Source: Felis catus
Lineage: Eukaryota
Direction: 5' to 3'
Length of the DNA: 64,000 bases
NCBI RefSeq assembly: GCF_018350175.1
Contig: NC_058368.1
Span: 192,450,001-192,514,000, forward strand
Shown: positions 60,493-64,000 of the stretch, piece after piece
How positions within the stretch are numbered: the stretch's first letter is position 1
Layout: the number at the start of each line of letters is the position of its first letter
Translations under genes and position numbers: made by a program
Notes under the pieces: generated by a model
The model's input: only the letters and a program-made list of their open reading frames with translations
Databases searched by the model: none
Told to the model about the DNA's origin: nothing

Positions 60493-62199
60493 CCAGTCGC
60501 CAACTTTTAATTTTGCCAGAGAAGAACACTTAGAAAATCAACTCCCACCTCTGGTTACCATAACTTCATAAATGAAATAGACCTTTTTACAATTTGTCTA
60601 GATACAAAGAGATAATTTCACAATAAGGGGTAGTCCCTTGTGGGTGAATAAATGTAGCCTCGTGCAAAATGCCCGCATGGTCCTCAGTTTTCTCCCTCTG
60701 CAGAGCTCTGGTGTCTGGCTTAGCACCAGGAACCTCCTCTCCTGCCTGAAGCAGGATAACACAGCAGCTGGTGGGTGGAGTTAAGAGAGGAGGGGGTGGG
60801 TTGGCCTGAGCATGGCTGGGGCCCACACAGTGCCTAGCACTGCCCACCCCCCCAAGCTGGCTGGCTGAATGAATGAATACATCAGTGAGAAACTTCATGG
60901 GGACGTGTCACTTTTACCCCCAGCTCTCAGACAAGGAAACCCAGCCTTGTAAGGCTAAGTGACAGCTGGGCCCAAGCCTTCAGGGCTAGAAAGGACACTA
61001 TATTTGCAGGGTGCTCTATTCTCCACAAACCCCTTCCGCACCCATTAGCTAAGCTGATAGTCTCAATGCCCCTGGTTGTGGGAAGAAGTTTGTCATTTCC
61101 CATGTTAGCACTGAGCAAACGGTTTCAGAGAGGTTAAGCACCTTGCATGGACCCGGAGAGGGCTGAGGGAGGTTTAAAAAAAAAAAAAAAAAAGCAGCAA
61201 GGGTTACTGAGCAGGGAGGGTCCAGCAGGGGTCATTTGACCAGTCTCCCAGGTGGGGAGTCAGTTCTAGGGGGGGCAACTCTGGGGCCACGAGCCATCTT
61301 TATTCCTCCAAAGTCAGGCCAGAGGCAGCGCTGTGGCAGGTGGCACCAGGGTACCATTGAGTCAGATGGCCCCAGTGCAAAGGCAAGAGACCCTAGAGCA
61401 AGCAGCCAAGTTAGCCTCAGAAGCTCAGAGCTTTTTCCACTTGCCCTTTACTTGGGCCAAAGCTGCCCCATCCCAGCCCCTCAGCCCAGTCCCCAGGGTG
61501 CCCCTGCTGCACAGGGTGCCGCTTGCCCACTTGGCCCGTTCCACTGCATATTCCCTGGTTTAGTTATGCCTTCCCTTCTTGAGGAGCACCCCCCTGGGGC
61601 TTCTCTCTGCACCCCCACCTCCCAGCAGAGCACGTGACCAGTGACATCACTGGAGTGAAATGGCCACCCTCGTCTGGTATTTATTGTACCCAGGAATATC
61701 CACTCTCAACCCACATACAAAATCCCGAGACTGGATGCTACGGTCACCCCTTTTCACAACAGAAAAAAGCCCCAGGAACCAAAAGGTTGGTGAACATGGC
61801 CGAATCACACAGCAAGTATTTGGTGCCACAGCTGAAAGGTGGAAAGGCCACATTTAAAAATCCTCATCCCTGCATGCAAGGCACTGGGCTAACACTTTTA
61901 TAGACAATATATTATCTCAATTGCCGGCACAAGGGGGCCACTATCATTAAATCCATTTTACCCATGAAGAAATTAAAGTTTAGCTAGGCCAAGTGACCTG
62001 CCCAAGCACATCAGGGAGGAACGGGGATGGAACCCGCGGCCGGCCCTCTTCTGCAGAACATTCCACTGCCTGCAAAACTATGGGCAGATGCATATGGTTA
62101 CTAGACTCTTAGGAGTCAGGTCCTGCTTTTCAGTTCTCCTTTGTTGGTTGTTATCTTTGTTTCCCTGACCGTGTGCTGTAGGCTAAGGATGTAACTCTA

Positions 62200-62990
62200 G
62201 AGTCGCCATTGTAAAGGCAATTAGATAACTTTAATGAAGAATGCCAAACAAAAAAAATCTGACTTATGGCAAGATATATCATGATTAGCCGTAGACGATG
62301 TCAACTCTTTCCAGCTTATAAGTGCAAAGCAATACAATCAAAACACCACTGAGGGCTTCTGCAGAATTTAATACACTTATTCTAGAATGACATGGAAGAG
62401 GAAACAACAGTCAAGAAATTCGCGAAACTGGAAGACGCAGAAGGGACACATCTCCTATCAGATAGCCAGACTTAGTATAAAGGCTTTTTACCTATAATTA
62501 AGAGAGTACTGCTCTGGGACTACATATTAAGAAAAGAAAAAGCATCAGGAAAACCAGTCTTATCTCACCACTTTGGTCGTGAAAGAAACCCAAGTGAAAA
62601 CACAGTCACCTTTTATACCCATCAGACGGCCAAGGATGAAGAATGACAATTTTCAGGATTGGGGACACGTGAGAAATCAGACACTCTCTACACTGATGTC
62701 TGCACGTGTAGGTAGGGGGATTGAGAATGAGTCAAACATTCCTGGGAAGGGGTTTGGTAATATATATCAAAATGCAATGTGCCATGCTCCTTGACCCAGA
62801 GGATCCCCCTCCAGAATTTATCCTTATGTCATGAATGATGTCTCTTAACGGCATTGTTTACAATAGGAAGATGTTGGAAGCTGCTTCAACGTCCATCAAT
62901 AAGAGATTGGTCAAATAAATCATGGTATGCCCATACAACACAAGTATCACAAAAGATTAAAAACGAAAGTATAGACCAACAGCACTGACA
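62200..62990 (+). mobile_element. Highly degraded L1 ORF2/3' fragments
   Basis: ttataaagc-like, tttatacccatcaga, ttgacccag, gtccatcaata..taaatcatggta motifs. Confidence 0.5.
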
Positions 62991-63660
62991 AAGATGATTG
63001 AGTAAATAACAAAGATTGCCTTGACCCCACCGCTCAGAAATAATTACTGGTAAACATTCTGTTTATATTTTCCCAGCCTTTTTTCCATGCATGCACACAT
63101 GTTATTGAAAGAAATGGAATCGTACGATATGTATTACTTTGTAACTAGCAATTTAAATACATATTGAATACTGTGATTCTTTCCAAAGGCATAATTTTAT
63201 ACTAAAAAGGCTACTTTCATTAATTTTTAATTTCACAAAGTGCATTCTCATGTAACAATGCAAACATTACAGGTAAAGCAAAATCTCTGTCTCTTCCTCC
63301 TCAGAAATCACGGCGTTGGGTGTGCATTTCTGCAGATCTTCCCCCAGACTTTTCAGGCTACTCATACTCATATATATGCACATGTAAACATGGAGTTATG
63401 TGTTTATATTATTTCATAACTTGGTTTGGTAAATTAGCAGTATGATTTGGAACTCTGCGAGGAACCAGATACATTTTACTATTTTATTTGTTGGCCCGTA
63501 CTCCATTTCCTTATTGATGGCCATTTAATAGTAAAAAAACGAAAAGATAAACAAGAAACAAAGCGTATGAAGCAAGGGTGAGGAAGGGCGGGAGATCTTG
63601 AAGAGGAAAATAGACGAGGAGCCTTCCAGGTTAATGAGATTTTTAGAGGTCCCTTGATTT

Positions 63661-63674
63661 CCACTAGAGGGAGA
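63661..63674 (+). promoter_or_regulatory. CTCF core motif
   Basis: CCACTAGAGGGAGA versus consensus CCACYAGRGGGCRC, at a CpG-island shore. Confidence 0.55.
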
Positions 63675-63679
63675 CAAAG

Positions 63680-64000
63680 CCACACGGACGAGAAGTCTCC
63701 TCATGTGCCTTAACCGTAGCCTTTCGCGATTTTCCATCATTTTCTAGCCCCCTCCTCCCACCATGCCAGCTTTTCAAACGCGCCATCACTTTCTCAGGAT
63801 TGGGGGCCACGAGTCTTCGCAGGGCGTTCGCCCTGTTCATGCACATTCATCCAAACTCTAGAGAGCCCGCCCGGAGGAGCAGCCGACGGCTAGCAGATGT
63901 GCGGTCCAGGCGCGCGTGGCGAGTCTCGGGCCCAAAGATGCGCGCAAATTCTAGGACCCTAACCTCCAGGTCCCCAGCATCAGGCTTTGGGATTTATCGC
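63680..64000. promoter_or_regulatory. Edge of a CpG island / promoter continuing beyond the window
   Basis: Sharp rise in CpG (ttcgcga, gcgcgcg, tgcgcgc) in non-repeat sequence. Confidence 0.65.

Noticed and set aside
1..64000. CRISPR array, operon or other prokaryotic/viral system; intact retrovirus or transposase
   Set aside because: No regularly spaced repeats and no long ORFs; repeated sequences are dispersed SINEs/MIRs in clearly mammalian DNA

Overview
Mammalian genomic DNA, almost certainly from a felid. About 36 tRNA-derived Can-SINE copies of the feliform (SINEC_Fc-like) type sit on an older eutherian repeat background (MIR, L2, L1M, MLT1/ERVL LTRs, hAT DNA transposons). I found no recognisable protein-coding exon, RNA gene or prokaryotic-type system; the long ORFs in the track come mostly from SINEs, L1 remnants or GC-rich low-complexity DNA. 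The non-repeat signal is regulatory. There are CpG islands at ~33.8-34.2 kb, ~39.7-40.3 kb and the right edge (~63.7 kb onward). A string of minus-strand splice sites (donors at 39947, 22597, 16962; acceptor at 3116) fits the 5' non-coding, multi-promoter end of a large gene running leftwards out of the window. There are also candidate antisense/divergent spliced transcripts and a few motif-dense enhancer or CTCF candidates. Gene identity cannot be established from the sequence. From memory of locus layout only, the 5' region of EPB41L1, with the NORAD promoter just beyond the right edge, is an unverified candidate. Repeat family names are by eye and need RepeatMasker/Dfam confirmation.
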